Below are positions 18,073-27,611 of a DNA stretch of 64,000 nucleotides, piece by piece. The position numbers and the translations under genes were made by a program. The stretch's first letter is position 1. The number at the start of each line of letters is the position of its first letter. The notes under the pieces are model-generated. The model made no database searches and was not told the origin of the DNA. It saw only the letters and a list, made by a program, of their open reading frames with translations. The stretch is taken from contig CAVRYM010000005.1 in assembly GCA_963725495.1 (NCBI GenBank), positions 723,617 through 787,616 of the forward strand, written 5' to 3'. The stretch comes from an uncultured Alphaproteobacteria bacterium (lineage in GTDB: Bacteria > Pseudomonadota > Alphaproteobacteria > Rhizobiales > Xanthobacteraceae).

Positions 18073-18786
18073 TCACGGCGGCTGTGCGGCAGCGTGCCTC
18101 GGATGATACAGGCCCGCCAGCAGCACGGCGAGGATGCCGGTCAGGAAAATGCCGTCGAATGTGCCGGCGCCGCCGATCGACGCAACTGGCGCGCCAAGCC
18201 CGGGCACGCGGTAGAGGTTGGTGAGGTCGGCGCCGATCAAGGTGCCCATGCTGCCGGCAATGTAGGCGAGCGGCGCCGCGTGCTCGCCGGCAAGCACCCA
18301 GGCGACAAGCGCCGTCATCAGCACCGGCAGGAATATCGGCACCGCTATACCGACTCCGCTCACCGGCTGCGCAAGCCGATGCAGCACCAGCGCCACGATG
18401 GCGGTTGCGATCAATCCTTTGAGCCAGAGCCGGTCCTTGAACAGCAGATAGAACGACATGATCGTCGGAATGACGGCGCCGCCGATATTGACCGCGATCG
18501 CGGTGCCTTGCGCAGTGCTCGGGCGGGGAATGACCCAGGACATGCCGAAGTAATCGCGGACGCTGTCGGTAGCCATCGGCTCCGGAGGCAAGTGCCAGAC
18601 CGTGACGTTGAAATAGCTGCCGATCAGCGAGGCGAACAGCAAAAGCAGCGCGCCGTGCGAGCTTAAGCCAATGCTCAAATACGCGTAGCGCAGTGTCGAC
18701 AACAAAAGAATGAGGATGCCGAGATAGATGACGACCAGGACGGCGAAGTAGCCAGGGGTGAGCGGCAGATACTGATAATCGCTCAT
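18073..18786 (-). CDS. DUF1614 family integral membrane protein
   Basis: Polytopic protein with GGAGTFDGIF motif. Confidence 0.6.
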   Translation of the reverse strand: MSDYQYLPLTPGYFAVLVVIYLGILILLLSTLRYAYLSIGLSSHGALLLLFASLIGSYFNVTVWHLPPEPMATDSVRDYFGMSWVIPRPSTAQGTAIAVNIGGAVIPTIMSFYLLFKDRLWLKGLIATAIVALVLHRLAQPVSGVGIAVPIFLPVLMTALVAWVLAGEHAAPLAYIAGSMGTLIGADLTNLYRVPGLGAPVASIGGAGTFDGIFLTGILAVLLAGLYHPRHAAAQPP

Positions 18787-18988
18787 TGGCGGCAGTCCTT
18801 TCGCGTGCGAAGCCCCGCCGACGGGCGGCGGATGACGGCGCGGCGCGCGGGCGTGGTCAGCGCGGTAACCATAAGAAAAATCAGCCTCTTTGACACCCGT
18901 TTACTTGTGCTTCGTCACTACAGCTGCCTTGCCACTCCAACGCGCGAGCCTATAATTCGCCGCTTCCTTCGGGCAGGGATTTTTTGCT

Positions 18989-19494
18989 GTGGCGCCGCCG
19001 GGAGCCAAATCAGTCGCGATCATCATGGGCAGCCAGTCCGACTGGCAGACCATGAAGCATGCCGCCGAAACCCTCGACGCGCTCGGGGTATCCGTACCAA
19101 GCCCGCATCGTCTCCGCGCACCGCACTCCCGAACGGCTGTACGCCTTCGCCAAGGGAGCCAAGGCGGCCGGCTTCAAGGTGATCATCGCCGGGGCCGGTG
19201 GCGCTGCGCACCTGCCGGGAATGATGGCCGCGCTCACCAGCCTGCCGGTGTTCGGCGTGCCGGTCGAGTCCAAGGCGCTCTCTGGTCTCGATTCCCTCTA
19301 CTCCATCGTGCAGATGCCGCCGGGAGTTCCGGTCGGCACGCTGGCGATCGGGCAGACCGGCGCAATCAACGCCGCGCTGCTTGCGGCGAGCGTGCTGGCA
19401 TTGAGCGATCCGGCGCTCAGCGACCGGCTCGATGCCTGGCGAGCGCGCCAGACCGCAGCGGTCGCCGAACGAGCCGAAGGATTCCGGCGCGTGA
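18989..19494 (+). pseudogene. purE: 5-(carboxyamino)imidazole ribonucleotide mutase PurE with +1 frameshifts near 19091 and about 19475
   Basis: VAIIMGSQSDW is in frame 18989. [15 protein letters not shown]...[11 protein letters not shown] is in frame 19059. The expected GTGA stop/start overlap with purK at 19491-19494 is out of frame with the gene body. Confidence 0.8.
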
Positions 19495-20574
19495 GCCGGA
19501 GTCGTTCTCGAGCCGCAGGCCACGATCGGCATCCTCGGCGGCGGCCAACTTGGCCGCATGCTGGCGCTGGCGGCAGCGCGGCTTGGCTTTAAGTGCCACG
19601 TCTTCGCGCCGAGCCCGGATTCGCCCGCCTTCGATGTCGTGCACCGCGTCACCTGCGCCGATTACACCGACACCGAAGCACTCGACCGCTTCGCCGCCGA
19701 CGTCGACGTGGTCACCTACGAATTTGAAAACGTGCCGGCCGAGACCGCGACGTTTCTTGCCGCGCGTGTTCCGGTCCTGCCCGATCCGAAGATTCTGGCG
19801 ACAACGCAGGATCGGCTTGCGGAAAAGAACTTCGTCGGCCGCCTCGGCATCCGCACCGCCGCGTTTGCCGCTGTCGGCGCGCCTGATGAGTTGGCTGCAG
19901 CGGTCAAGCGGATTGGCGTGCCGGCCGTGCTGAAGACGCGGCGCTACGGTTATGACGGCAAGGGCCAGGCGACGATCAAAAACGGAACCGATCCGCAGGC
20001 CGCCTGGCGCGATGTTGGCGGCCAGCCCTGCATTCTCGAAGCGTTCGTGCCGTTTGAGCGGGAAGTTTCGGTCGTGGCCGCGCGCGGATACGACGGCGCC
20101 GTCGAATGCTTCGACGTGACCGAGAACGAGCATCGCAACCATATTCTGAAAGTCTCGCGCGTGCCGGCCGCCTTGTCGGCAGCCGGCGCGCTCGAGGCGC
20201 GGCAGATCGCCGAGACGATCGCCAAGGCGTTCGATTATGTGGGCGTTCTCGCGGTCGAAATGTTCGTGCTCCCGGGCGGAGCCGGCGAACTCCTGGTCAA
20301 TGAGATCGCGCCGCGGGTGCACAATTCCGGCCACTGGACGCTCGACGGCGCCTCGGTGTCGCAGTTCGAGCAGCACATCAGGGCGGTGGCCGGCTGGCCC
20401 CTCGCCAAGCCCATCCGCTACGGCCGCGTGCAGATGACGAACCTGATCGGCAGTGAGGTGGAAGACTATCGCCGCTGGCTTTCGGTCCCCGGCGCTGCCG
20501 TCCACCTCTACGGCAAGGCCGCCGTGCGGCCGGGCCGGAAGATGGGGCACGTTACCCAAGTCTTTACCGAGTAA
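19491..20574 (+). pseudogene. purK: 5-(carboxyamino)imidazole ribonucleotide synthase PurK with a +1 frameshift just after the GTG start (about 19500)
   Basis: The conserved [15 protein letters not shown]-terminus is encoded in the main frame upstream of the track start 19558, but it has no in-frame start codon. The GTG at 19491 is one base out of frame. Confidence 0.8.
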
Positions 20575-20718
20575 AGTGTTTACCGACTGAGGGGCGCAAA
20601 AGGCCGTCGCATATGGACTTTCCGCTATTGTTCTGCTAGATGCCGCGCCCAACGTGGCGTAGCTGGGCACAGCTATGCCGCCATTTGATTCCGCGAACCC
20701 ACTGCAAAAGGAGCGCGC

Positions 20719-21003
20719 GTGCAGGTTCTCGTCCGTGATAACAATGTCGACCAGGCCCTCAAGGCGCTGAAGAAGAAGATGCAGCGCGAGGGCATTTTCC
20801 GCGAGATGAAGCTCCGCGGCCATTACGAAAAACCCTCAGAACGCAAGGCGCGCGAAAAGGCGGAAGCGATCCGCCGCGCCCGCAAGCTTGCCCGCAAGCG
20901 CCTGCAGCGCGAGGGCCTGCTGCCGGCCAAGCCGAAGCCCACCGGTCCGGGGGGAGCCCCCAGCAGGGCTGGTGGACCGTCGCGCGCTCCGCGCTTTGGC
21001 TAA
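20719..21003 (+). CDS. rpsU: 30S ribosomal protein S21
   Basis: [31 protein letters not shown]. Confidence 0.9.
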   Translation: MQVLVRDNNVDQALKALKKKMQREGIFREMKLRGHYEKPSERKAREKAEAIRRARKLARKRLQREGLLPAKPKPTGPGGAPSRAGGPSRAPRFG

Positions 21004-21135
21004 AGGCATCGGACTGGATTGGATGATTGGCGCGGGCCTCACGGTCCGCGCCATTGTTTTGGCGGGCATACGGACTATCGTCTAGCCTTGGCTTGGGAAC
21101 GAAAGTTCCATTTTCGGGGTGCCGCGAGGCAGCGG

Positions 21136-22029
21136 ATGAAAGGACCAACGACCGCCAATCCCGGCGGCAAGAGCCGCATCGGGCGCAAAGCCTTTCCCGT
21201 CGCAGCATCGATCGTCGTTGCGGTGGCGCTCGCCGGTTGCGCGACGCTGGGCAATCCGTCGGTCACCGAGAAGAACGACGACGCGCTCTATGGGCCCTCG
21301 CAGTCCAATTTGACTTCGCTCAGCGAAGTCATTCAGCAGCATCCGTCGGATCCGCAGGCCTATAATATGCGCGGCTCGGCCTATGGCGAGGCCGGCATGA
21401 ACGACCAGGCGCTCGCCGACTTCAACAAGGCGATCAGTCTCGACCCCAATTACGCGCAAGCTTACGCCAATCGCGGCCTCGTCTACCGGCACATGAACAG
21501 TCTCGATCCGGCGCTGGCCGACTACAACAAGGCGCTGTCGATCGAGCCGTCATACGCGCCCGCCTATCTCGGCCGCGGCATCGTCTACAGCCTGCAAGGC
21601 CAGACCACGCAGTCGCTCGCCGATTTCAACAAAGCGATCGCGCTCCGCCCCAACAATGCGGAGGCTTATTACAATCGCGGCCTGCTCTATCAGAGCCAGG
21701 GCCAGCATCAATTCGCCATCGACGATTTCACCACCGCAATCGGGCTCGCGCCACAGCGCGAGGGACCCTACGTGGCGCGCGCTCTCTCATATCTGGTCGG
21801 CGGCAACAACAGCGCGGCGGCGGCAGATCTCGACCAGGCGGTGCAACTCAATCCGAGCGATCCGAAAGCCTGGACCAGCCGCGGACTTGCCTATGAACGG
21901 CTCGGGCAAAACGACAAGGCGGCCGGCTCCTACGCCAAGGCGCTCAATCTCAACGCCAAATATGAGCCCGCCGTCGCCGGCTTCGCCCGCGTCGGCGGCC
22001 AGGTCGGCAGAACCTACCAGACGTTCTAG
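21136..22029 (+). CDS. TPR-repeat lipoprotein
   Basis: Lipobox VALAGC, followed by about 7 TPR units (AYxNRGxxY...DFxKAIxLxP). Confidence 0.8.
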   Translation: MKGPTTANPGGKSRIGRKAFPVAASIVVAVALAGCATLGNPSVTEKNDDALYGPSQSNLTSLSEVIQQHPSDPQAYNMRGSAYGEAGMNDQALADFNKAISLDPNYAQAYANRGLVYRHMNSLDPALADYNKALSIEPSYAPAYLGRGIVYSLQGQTTQSLADFNKAIALRPNNAEAYYNRGLLYQSQGQHQFAIDDFTTAIGLAPQREGPYVARALSYLVGGNNSAAAADLDQAVQLNPSDPKAWTSRGLAYERLGQNDKAAGSYAKALNLNAKYEPAVAGFARVGGQVGRTYQTF

Positions 22030-22058
22030 CTAGATCGCGCAGCACGCACACTGCGCCA

Positions 22059-22959
22059 TCAATCCAAATCCCCGGCGAGGAAGCGGGCGACCGCCACGAG
22101 CGCGCCGTTGGCGTCAAGATTCTCGTGCCCGCCATCGAGGAAACGCACGATGTGCTTTGGCTGATTGGCGAGTTCAAACATCCGCTCGCCCATCGCATAG
22201 GGGACGACCTGATCGTTCACGCCGTGCAGGATCAGAAGTGGCGCGGTAATTTTGCCGATCTTCTGATCGGAACGGAACTGATCCTTCATCAATAGCCGCA
22301 CCGGCATGTACCAGTAGCGCAGCGAAGCGACCGCAGCGGTGGAGGTGAACGGCGCCTCCAGAATGACGCGGCCGGCCGGCTTCTCGGCAGCGACTGCGAC
22401 CGCGACACCGGAGCCAATCGAACTCGCCCCACAGCACGATCTGTTTGGTCGGATAATGCGCGGCGGCGAACGCGTAGGCAGCTTCGCCGTCGTCGATGAG
22501 GCCGCGCTCGGTCGGGCTGCCTGGATTGCCGCCAAAACCGCGGTATTCAAGCGCGACCAGGCCGATACCCGCGCCGACAAGCTTTTTGAATCGGGCAGCG
22601 CGCAAGCGGAGCGATCCGCCATTGCCGTGGAAATAGACGATGACTGGCGTGTTCTCTTGTGCCGCGACATACCAGGCGGTGATGTGAGTGCCGTCCGATG
22701 TCCTGAGCGGCACTTCTTCCGCCTCGGGCAGGCCCGCTTGTGCCGGCGTGGTGCGCTCGGTGTCTGGAAAGTACATCAGCGAGCGCTGCGTCAGATAAAG
22801 CATAAGCGCGAAGCCGACATAGAGGCACACCGCGATGATTGCGAGCCACTTGCCGACCGCAAGCGCATAGGCGAATGCGGCGGTGTTGCGCAAAAAAGCC
22901 GGCCGGCTCGCGAGAGCCGGCCGGCTGAATTCTGCGCGCTCAGGCGCGCTCATCGTCAT
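22059..22959 (-). pseudogene. Alpha/beta hydrolase with a +1 frameshift near 22422
   Basis: HGNGG and the nucleophile elbow GESIGSG are restored only after removing one T in gagTTcg. The two halves lie in ORFs 22174-22959 and 22059-22670. Confidence 0.8.
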
Positions 22960-22964
22960 TCTGC

Positions 22965-23303
22965 TCAGGGGCAGACCTGAACAGGCCGGATCCGATAGCC
23001 CTGTACTTCCTCAACCCAAACCCGGCGCTTCTCCCAATGACAAGGCTCCTGGGCATAGGCGGGCGGCGGTCCGTAATAAGCGCCCGGAGGCGGCGGGGGC
23101 GGCGGTCCGTAATAAGGGCCCGGAGGCGGCGGAGGCGGATTGTTCGCAATCGCGTTGCCGACAATGGCGCCGGCCACGAGGCCGCCGAACACGCCCGCGC
23201 CGACGGCGCAGCCGAAGCAGCCGGCATTCGCAGCCTGCGGCACAGCCAATGTCGCGAGGCCGATACTTGCCGCAGCGGCAAGTCCGATGACCGATTTGTA
23301 CAT
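22965..23303 (-). CDS. Small secreted protein with a glycine-zipper segment and Pro/Tyr-rich repeats
   Basis: Signal peptide MYKSVIGLAAAASIGLATLAVPQAANA. Also GAGVFGGLVAGAIVG and PPPPPPGPYYGPPPPPPPGAYYGPPP. Confidence 0.6.
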   Translation of the reverse strand: MYKSVIGLAAAASIGLATLAVPQAANAGCFGCAVGAGVFGGLVAGAIVGNAIANNPPPPPPGPYYGPPPPPPPGAYYGPPPAYAQEPCHWEKRRVWVEEVQGYRIRPVQVCP

Positions 23304-23543
23304 CTGTTCTCCTCGTGCAATCGGCCGGGTGCCGATGCGGAATGTTGTAGAGCGGAAGTCCCCGTCTTACCCCCGATTAGTCCTCGAGCCCCTCGCGGCC
23401 ATTGAGGACAGAGCTCTTTGGCGGAAATTTGGTGCGCGAGCCAGATTCCGGCTCAACTCAGCCAATTTTCCGGCCAATCTGAATGACGGCGTCGCCGGAT
23501 GGAGACGCCGCCATGCGTGGCGATAGCAGAGAGCTGGTTTGCC

Positions 23544-23840
23544 TTAATAGGGATAGCAGGCGCGTACCCAGCGATAGCCGTTCCACACGGTCCGCCATAC
23601 GCACGGTCCGCCACCATAACCATAGGGGTACGGGCCGTAATAGCCGTACGGATAGGCCAGTGCGCTGCCGATAACGGCGCCGGCCACGAAGCCGCCGATC
23701 ACCGGTCCGGGGCCCCACCCGCCGCCGCGCCAGCCACCACCCCAACCACCACCCCAACGTGCCTCAGCGGCACCGGAGCTTGCCAATGCCGCAACAGCGA
23801 TGGTTGCGGCGGCGACCAGAACAGTCACAATTTTCCTCAT
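23544..23840 (-). CDS. Small secreted Gly/Trp/Tyr-rich protein with a glycine zipper
   Basis: MRKIVTVLVAAATIAVAALASSGAAEA, then RWGGGWGGGWRGGGWGPGPVIGGFVAGAVIG...YPYGYYGPYPYGYGGGPC. Confidence 0.6.
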   Translation of the reverse strand: MRKIVTVLVAAATIAVAALASSGAAEARWGGGWGGGWRGGGWGPGPVIGGFVAGAVIGSALAYPYGYYGPYPYGYGGGPCVWRTVWNGYRWVRACYPY

Positions 23841-23981
23841 GACATTTCCTCGACAGGATGTGTTGTCACCCAAGTCCCGACCCACCCTCTACGTCGCACA
23901 GATTCCATTTAATCAGTGAATGTCGTCTGAACAATGGTGCCCGAATGTGGCCATCATTGGGAAAAGTGAAGGTCAGATCGC

Positions 23982-24641
23982 ATGCCGCTTACTTACGCCA
24001 TCGGCGATATCCACGGTTCGCTCGATAAGCTGAAAAGCCTGGTCGAGGCTTGCCTGGAGCACGCCGACGGGCGCGACATGCGTTTGGTGTTCCTCGGCGA
24101 TTACATCGACCGTGGGCCTGACTCCGCCGGTGTCGTGCGCCTGTTGATGAGTCTTCAGTTGGAGCTGCAGGAGCGGCTGATCGCGCTCAAGGGCAATCAC
24201 GAGGCGTGGGCGCTTGCGCTCCTCGACGGCGAGGCGGAGGTGAGTACGTGGCTGCGCAACGGCGGCGGCGAAACGCTCGCCAGCTATGCTGCCAAGGACA
24301 TCGGCGATCTGCCGCCCGCCCATCTCGACTGGATGCGCTCGCTCCGATTGTGCTTCGACGACGGCCGCCGATTTTTCGTTCATGCCGGCATCGATCCGGA
24401 CAAGCCGCTCGCTGCGCAGGACGAAGACGTTCTGCTCTGGATCAGGGAGCCGTTCCTCACCGATGCCCGCGACTACGGACGTTTGATCGTGCACGGCCAC
24501 ACGCCGCTCACTGGCGCGAAGCCTGACCTGCGCAGCAACCGGCTCAATCTCGACACCGCGGCGGTGTTCGGCGGACCGCTGACGGCGGCCTTGTTCGACG
24601 ACACGCAGACCGAACCGGTCGCTTATTTGCAGGCCGAGTGA
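23982..24641 (+). CDS. Metallophosphoesterase, PPP-family Ser/Thr phosphatase-like
   Basis: GDIHG, GDYIDRG, GNHE and VHGHTP motifs. Confidence 0.85.
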   Translation: MPLTYAIGDIHGSLDKLKSLVEACLEHADGRDMRLVFLGDYIDRGPDSAGVVRLLMSLQLELQERLIALKGNHEAWALALLDGEAEVSTWLRNGGGETLASYAAKDIGDLPPAHLDWMRSLRLCFDDGRRFFVHAGIDPDKPLAAQDEDVLLWIREPFLTDARDYGRLIVHGHTPLTGAKPDLRSNRLNLDTAAVFGGPLTAALFDDTQTEPVAYLQAE

Positions 24642-24749
24642 GCTTGGCCTGAGCTGCCACCCATACTGCGTCAACTTGTCGCAGGTGATTTAATGTAGGC
24701 GCCGGTCGGCCGCAAACCGCACAATTCCTCCTGCCGCGACGCATTATGT

Positions 24750-25481
24750 TTGCGGCCTGATTCGTGGGGAAGGGTGGGCATCGCCATGAGGGGAGGCGCG
24801 GCACGGTCGCAGCGCAGGACGGCGGCACCGCGGCGGCAGCCGGCGAAGCCTTTGCGTTCCCGTCCCGACCAGCCTGCCGAGGCGGCGAAGCCACCGAAGG
24901 CGCGGCCGCGCTCGGCCGCCATGCGGCTTGCGGCCGAGGTGGATCGGCTTGCCGCGCAGCTTGAGCAATCGCACGCGCGCATCGTCGAGCTTGAGGCCAA
25001 GATCGACATCGATCCGCTCACCGGCCTGATCAACCGCCGCGGCTTCGAGCGCGAGCTCGCCCGCTCGATCGCTTACGTCAAACGTTACGGCGCGAGCGCC
25101 GCTTTGGTCTATTTGGATCTCGACGGCTTCAAGCCGGTCAACGACCGTCACGGACATGCGGCGGGAGATGCCGTGCTCAAGGCGCTTGCCGCGGCGCTGC
25201 TGCGCCAAGTGCGGGCCTCCGACGTGGTCGCGCGATTGGGCGGCGACGAATTCGTCGTGTTGTTGTGGAACGTCAGCGGCCCCGCCGCCGTGACCAAGGC
25301 CGGCGCTCTCGAGCGGGCGGTCTATGCGACGCCGGTGCGCTGCGGCTCCTCTACTCTGGTCGTCGGCGCCGCGGCCGGTGTCGCGCTTATCGGTGCGCTG
25401 GATTCTCCTGCCGAAGCGCTCGCGCGCGCCGACGCGGCGATGTACGCGCGCAAGCGCGAGAAGAAAGGCGTCACGCAATAA
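24750..25481 (+). CDS. GGDEF-domain diguanylate cyclase with an N-terminal coiled coil
   Basis: DPLTGLINRRGF...RLGGDEFVVLL. The start is uncertain (24750 or 24786). Confidence 0.85.
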   Translation: MRPDSWGRVGIAMRGGAARSQRRTAAPRRQPAKPLRSRPDQPAEAAKPPKARPRSAAMRLAAEVDRLAAQLEQSHARIVELEAKIDIDPLTGLINRRGFERELARSIAYVKRYGASAALVYLDLDGFKPVNDRHGHAAGDAVLKALAAALLRQVRASDVVARLGGDEFVVLLWNVSGPAAVTKAGALERAVYATPVRCGSSTLVVGAAAGVALIGALDSPAEALARADAAMYARKREKKGVTQ

Positions 25482-25678
25482 TATCGGGCGTGAGCTGGTC
25501 TTCGATGAAGGTAATGCGGTCGCGCAGATAGCAGCTTGCGCTTCTTCAAGCGCTGCACCTGAATGATGTCGGCGCCCGGCGAGTCCTGCAGCGCCGCAAT
25601 CGCGGCATCGAGGTCGCGATGCTCCTGCTGCAGGCGCGCCAGTTGCGCCCGAAGCTCGCGTTCTTCCTCTTGCGTCAT
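25471..25678 (-). pseudogene. DUF465 (YdcH-like) small protein with a +1 frameshift near 25531
   Basis: The tail LKKRKL then YLRDRITFIEDQLTPDIIA-stop is restored after removing one base. Confidence 0.6.
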
Positions 25679-25928
25679 TTCCGCCTTGGTCGCGCCCCTC
25701 GCCGGCTCTATCGCCGCGGCTTGGGAACGGTCATACGGCTGGTAAGTTGCCGGCGATTATCGCGTTTTGGTTAACGCCGGACAAGCCCGCTCGGCTCGCC
25801 GCGCCATGCACAGCCGGGGACTTTCGCGGCTGCCCAAACGGAGTATGATGGTTATGTGTCGTGCTTGCTATGTCAGGCGGTAGGGGCGGTCCATTAGACT
25901 GCAATCTCACGCAAGGAGGACAGGCCAT

Positions 25929-26108
25929 ATGGCGATCGAAGCGCATCTTGCCGAACTCGAAAAACGCCACCAGTCATTGGAGCAGGAAATCACCGAAGCG
26001 CTCACCCACCCATCGGCCGACGATCTGAAAATTTGTGAGTTGAAACGAAAGAAGTTGCTAGTAAAGGACGAGATCGCGCGTTTGCGGCAGGAAGTGGTCC
26101 TGCACTAG
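25929..26108 (+). CDS. DUF465 (YdcH-like) small protein, 59 aa
   Basis: Strong RBS AAGGAGGA. Sequence MAIEAHLAELEKRHQSLEQEI...ELKRKKLLVKDEIARL. Below the track length cutoff. Confidence 0.65.
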   Translation: MAIEAHLAELEKRHQSLEQEITEALTHPSADDLKICELKRKKLLVKDEIARLRQEVVLH

Positions 26109-26138
26109 CGGTCAACAGAGCGGCATTTTCATCCGCGC

Positions 26139-26217
26139 GTCCCCGCGAAAGCGGGGACCTAGAGTTTCTTTTTCTGACATCGGAAAGCTCCGGCTGGATT
26201 CCCGCTTTCGCGGGAAT
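26139..26217. repeat. REP pair of cccgcgaaagcggg-type hairpins
   Basis: gtccccgcgaaagcggggac (26139-26158) and attcccgctttcgcgggaat (26198-26217). Confidence 0.6.
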
Positions 26218-26242
26218 GAGCGGATACTGATATCCTTGATCT

Positions 26243-26260
26243 TCGGACATTTTTGTCCGA
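26243..26260 (+). promoter_or_regulatory. Perfect palindrome tcggaca-tttt-tgtccga just upstream of hicB, a candidate operator
   Basis: 7-bp arms, 12 nt before the ATG at 26272. Confidence 0.3.
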
Positions 26261-26271
26261 AATGTGGGCGC

Positions 26272-26715
26272 ATGAAATCCTATGTCTATCGTGCGCTGTT
26301 CGAGCCGGGAGACCGGCGCGGCAATATTGTGGTCAGCTTCCCCGATGTGCCCGAGGCGATCACGCAGGGACGCGGCGAGGCGGATGCCCGGGCGATGGCC
26401 GAAGAGGCTCTTGGCCTCGCGCTGCTCAGCTATCTCGAACGGGGCAAAGCGCTGCCGAAGCCGCGCGCCAAAGCCCGCAATCTTGTCGATATGGCAGTTG
26501 CGCCGGACGTGGCGGCCAAGCTCGCCGTTCTGGAGGCCTTCGCGGCCTCCGGAATGAGCAAGAGCGAACTCGCCCGCCGCATCGGCAAGGACGAAAAGGA
26601 AGTGCGCCGCATCCTCGACCCCAAGCATCCGACCAAATTGCCGGCGCTCACTGCCGCGCTGCGTGCGCTCGGCAAGCGGCTGGTGGTCGGGGTGATGGAG
26701 GAGGAAGCGGCGTAA
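26272..26715 (+). CDS. hicB: HicB-family antitoxin with a C-terminal HTH, no hicA partner present
   Basis: YRALFEPGDRRGNIVVSFPDVPEAITQGRGEADARAMAEEAL, plus SKSELARRIGKDEKEVRRIL. Confidence 0.75.
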   Translation: MKSYVYRALFEPGDRRGNIVVSFPDVPEAITQGRGEADARAMAEEALGLALLSYLERGKALPKPRAKARNLVDMAVAPDVAAKLAVLEAFAASGMSKSELARRIGKDEKEVRRILDPKHPTKLPALTAALRALGKRLVVGVMEEEAA

Positions 26716-26729
26716 AGGCTGCTCGAAAG

Positions 26730-27608
26730 TTATAGATCAGCTAGTCGTCTGTGCTTTTGTAACGCTTCAGTACTTGGAATTTGATCGCTCGCTTTGGGCG
26801 AGCGAATTTTTCTGCCTGCTAAAGTCTTGTAGCTACTTTTCATCAATCGCGGAGAGACTAAGAGCTTCATAGAAGCCGGTTCGATCGCGATAAGGCGACA
26901 ATCGAAGAGGGTATGAATGTCTGATCGAAGTAATAATCCGTTCTGGACGTGATTGGTGTGAAAACCGCGATACGGTTGTATGTGCGCCGCCTCCAGTAGA
27001 TCTATGACATCACATTCAGTTACAGCGCACTTCCCGCCGTATGCCTCAATAAGCTTTGCCCTAAATGCCTGTTGGCCTCGCCTTACCGCAATCGAACGAT
27101 TAATTCTGTCGCGCGCGTCTTTCGTATTCTGCGCATCAAATCTGTCCTGATCCGCTGCCGTTGAAGCAATTGCCTCATCCTTTCCCGAATTGATTATCTC
27201 GTCGATTTTACGGGCGGCTGTTGGGACTAGACGAACGCCACTACCTCGCGGGTGCCATGTATGTGCAGGCACTGAGATCGATGCTAACTCCTGCGTGGAG
27301 ACAAGAAGCTTTTCTGTTGGATCGACCAATTGATGAAACGTGATTGGCACCTGCCATGTGTTTTGCTTGGGAAGCGCAGTCGGGCTTTGCTTGGCCGCCC
27401 CTGTTATGGTGCCAACGCCGAAAATACCCTGCGGCCCAACCCCAAGTTTAAGCATGTAGGCGATGTCACCTTGTTGTGCGGATTTGTGAGCCAAACATCG
27501 CCATGGCTCTGTAACCTCCTTCCCGGATTGGAACTCATCGACAAGGTGACGTAATTCGGCGTACGGCCAGCCATCCGGCGTCCAAGTGAATAAGTAGTCG
27601 GTAGGCAT
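26730..27608 (-). CDS. HNH endonuclease with an N-terminal PUA-like (EVE/ASCH-like) domain; candidate modification-dependent restriction enzyme
   Basis: C-terminus RRGQQAFRAKLIEAYGGKCAVTECDVIDLLEAAHIQPY...NGLLLRSDIHTLFD has an HNH_2-type pattern. N-terminus YLFTWTP...GDIAYMLKLGVGPQGIFGVGTITG. GC drops sharply at both gene borders. Confidence 0.7.
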   Translation of the reverse strand: MPTDYLFTWTPDGWPYAELRHLVDEFQSGKEVTEPWRCLAHKSAQQGDIAYMLKLGVGPQGIFGVGTITGAAKQSPTALPKQNTWQVPITFHQLVDPTEKLLVSTQELASISVPAHTWHPRGSGVRLVPTAARKIDEIINSGKDEAIASTAADQDRFDAQNTKDARDRINRSIAVRRGQQAFRAKLIEAYGGKCAVTECDVIDLLEAAHIQPYRGFHTNHVQNGLLLRSDIHTLFDCRLIAIEPASMKLLVSPRLMKSSYKTLAGRKIRSPKASDQIPSTEALQKHRRLADL

Positions 27609-27611
27609 GGA

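Noticed and set aside
19417-20823. 468-aa minus-strand ORF across purK and into rpsU
   Set aside because: Antisense to purK, which has an unmistakable ATP-grasp sequence. No motifs, and it crosses an intergenic region.
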